A program made the translations under genes and the position numbers. Positions 63,495 to 64,000 of a stretch of DNA of 64,000 nt are shown in pieces (position 1 is the stretch's first letter; each line of letters starts with the position of its first letter). The stretch covers positions 6,882,001 to 6,946,000 of the forward strand of contig CM030332.1 of the NCBI GenBank assembly GCA_017654855.1, given 5' to 3'. The notes below the pieces were generated by a model. That model did no database searches, was not told where the DNA came from, and saw only the letters and a list, made by a program, of their open reading frames with translations. The DNA comes from Podospora anserina. Its lineage: Eukaryota.

Positions 63495-64000
63495 TCACTC
63501 CATGGGGCGGTACTGTTTGGAAGCATATCCCGTGCCAGCGCCTTGACCTTTAGCGGCCGAGCGCAGCCTATTTATCGCAAACTGATTGTCAGCACTCCAT
63601 GTCAGCATTGTCCCTCCGGCCAGCGTTGATGAGCACACCAAACTCGAAGGAAATATGATTCCTTACTAGGAATGCTTTTGGGCTGTAACTCACATCCTGT
63701 CGCTTCCTCCGACGGCACGGTTGGTCTCGGGGGTCTCGCCGACCTTCCTGGTTCCGCGGGGGGCAGCGGGCTGGCTCTCCTTACGGGCGGCCGCAGTGTT
63801 GTCCTTGGATTCGGCGGCGGCCTGACCGGGCTGGTTGGCAGCCTGCTGGATGGCCTGGGCGTTCTTCTGATACTTGTACACAGTCCAGTCAAAGACATAG
63901 TCGTACTGGAAACCCTCGCGGACGAAGAGATCGCGGAAGATCTTGCGGAGGTAACTGTAGTCCGGCTTGTCGTCGAAGCGGAGCGAGCGAGTGTAGTTCA
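63495..64000 (-). CDS. HRR25: Casein kinase I (Hrr25/Hhp1/CK1a type), 3' part only; last intron 63693-63568
   Basis: The minus strand reads [45 protein letters not shown], the end of the CK1 kinase domain. The gene continues beyond the window. Confidence 0.93.

Noticed and set aside
1..64000. tRNA, 5S rRNA, snRNA, TPP riboswitch, CRISPR arrays, intact transposons, NLR/het or Spok-type genes
   Set aside because: No diagnostic motifs seen by eye. tRNAscan-SE, Infernal and RepeatMasker would be needed to exclude them formally.

Overview
Eukaryotic, intron-containing DNA from a filamentous ascomycete (Sordariomycete/Sordariales-like, plausibly Podospora; the taxon is inferred from GT-AG introns with CTRAC branch sites, gene content and composition). 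The window is mostly core chromosome. I could build frame-consistent models for 14 conserved genes (the last truncated by the window edge) plus one orphan ORF: a multi-domain zinc-finger transcription factor, a methyltransferase-fold protein, TMA22, a Borealin/Nbl1-like protein, RPN10, TRS23, YEA4, AMP deaminase, SLA1, a TLC-domain protein, a second zinc-finger TF flanked by ~12 kb and ~6 kb gene-free stretches, APC2, an inositol 5-phosphatase and the 3' end of casein kinase I. I recognised no intact transposon, RNA gene or CRISPR array, and no clearly novel multi-gene system. The best leads are the TF combining Zn2Cys6, KLAP1-like and C2H2 modules, several splice-architecture oddities (duplicated 3' splice signals in CK1, an intron-split start codon, an in-frame CAGCAGCAG intron, a uORF/N-extension leader), and the large non-coding region with a candidate stem-loop.
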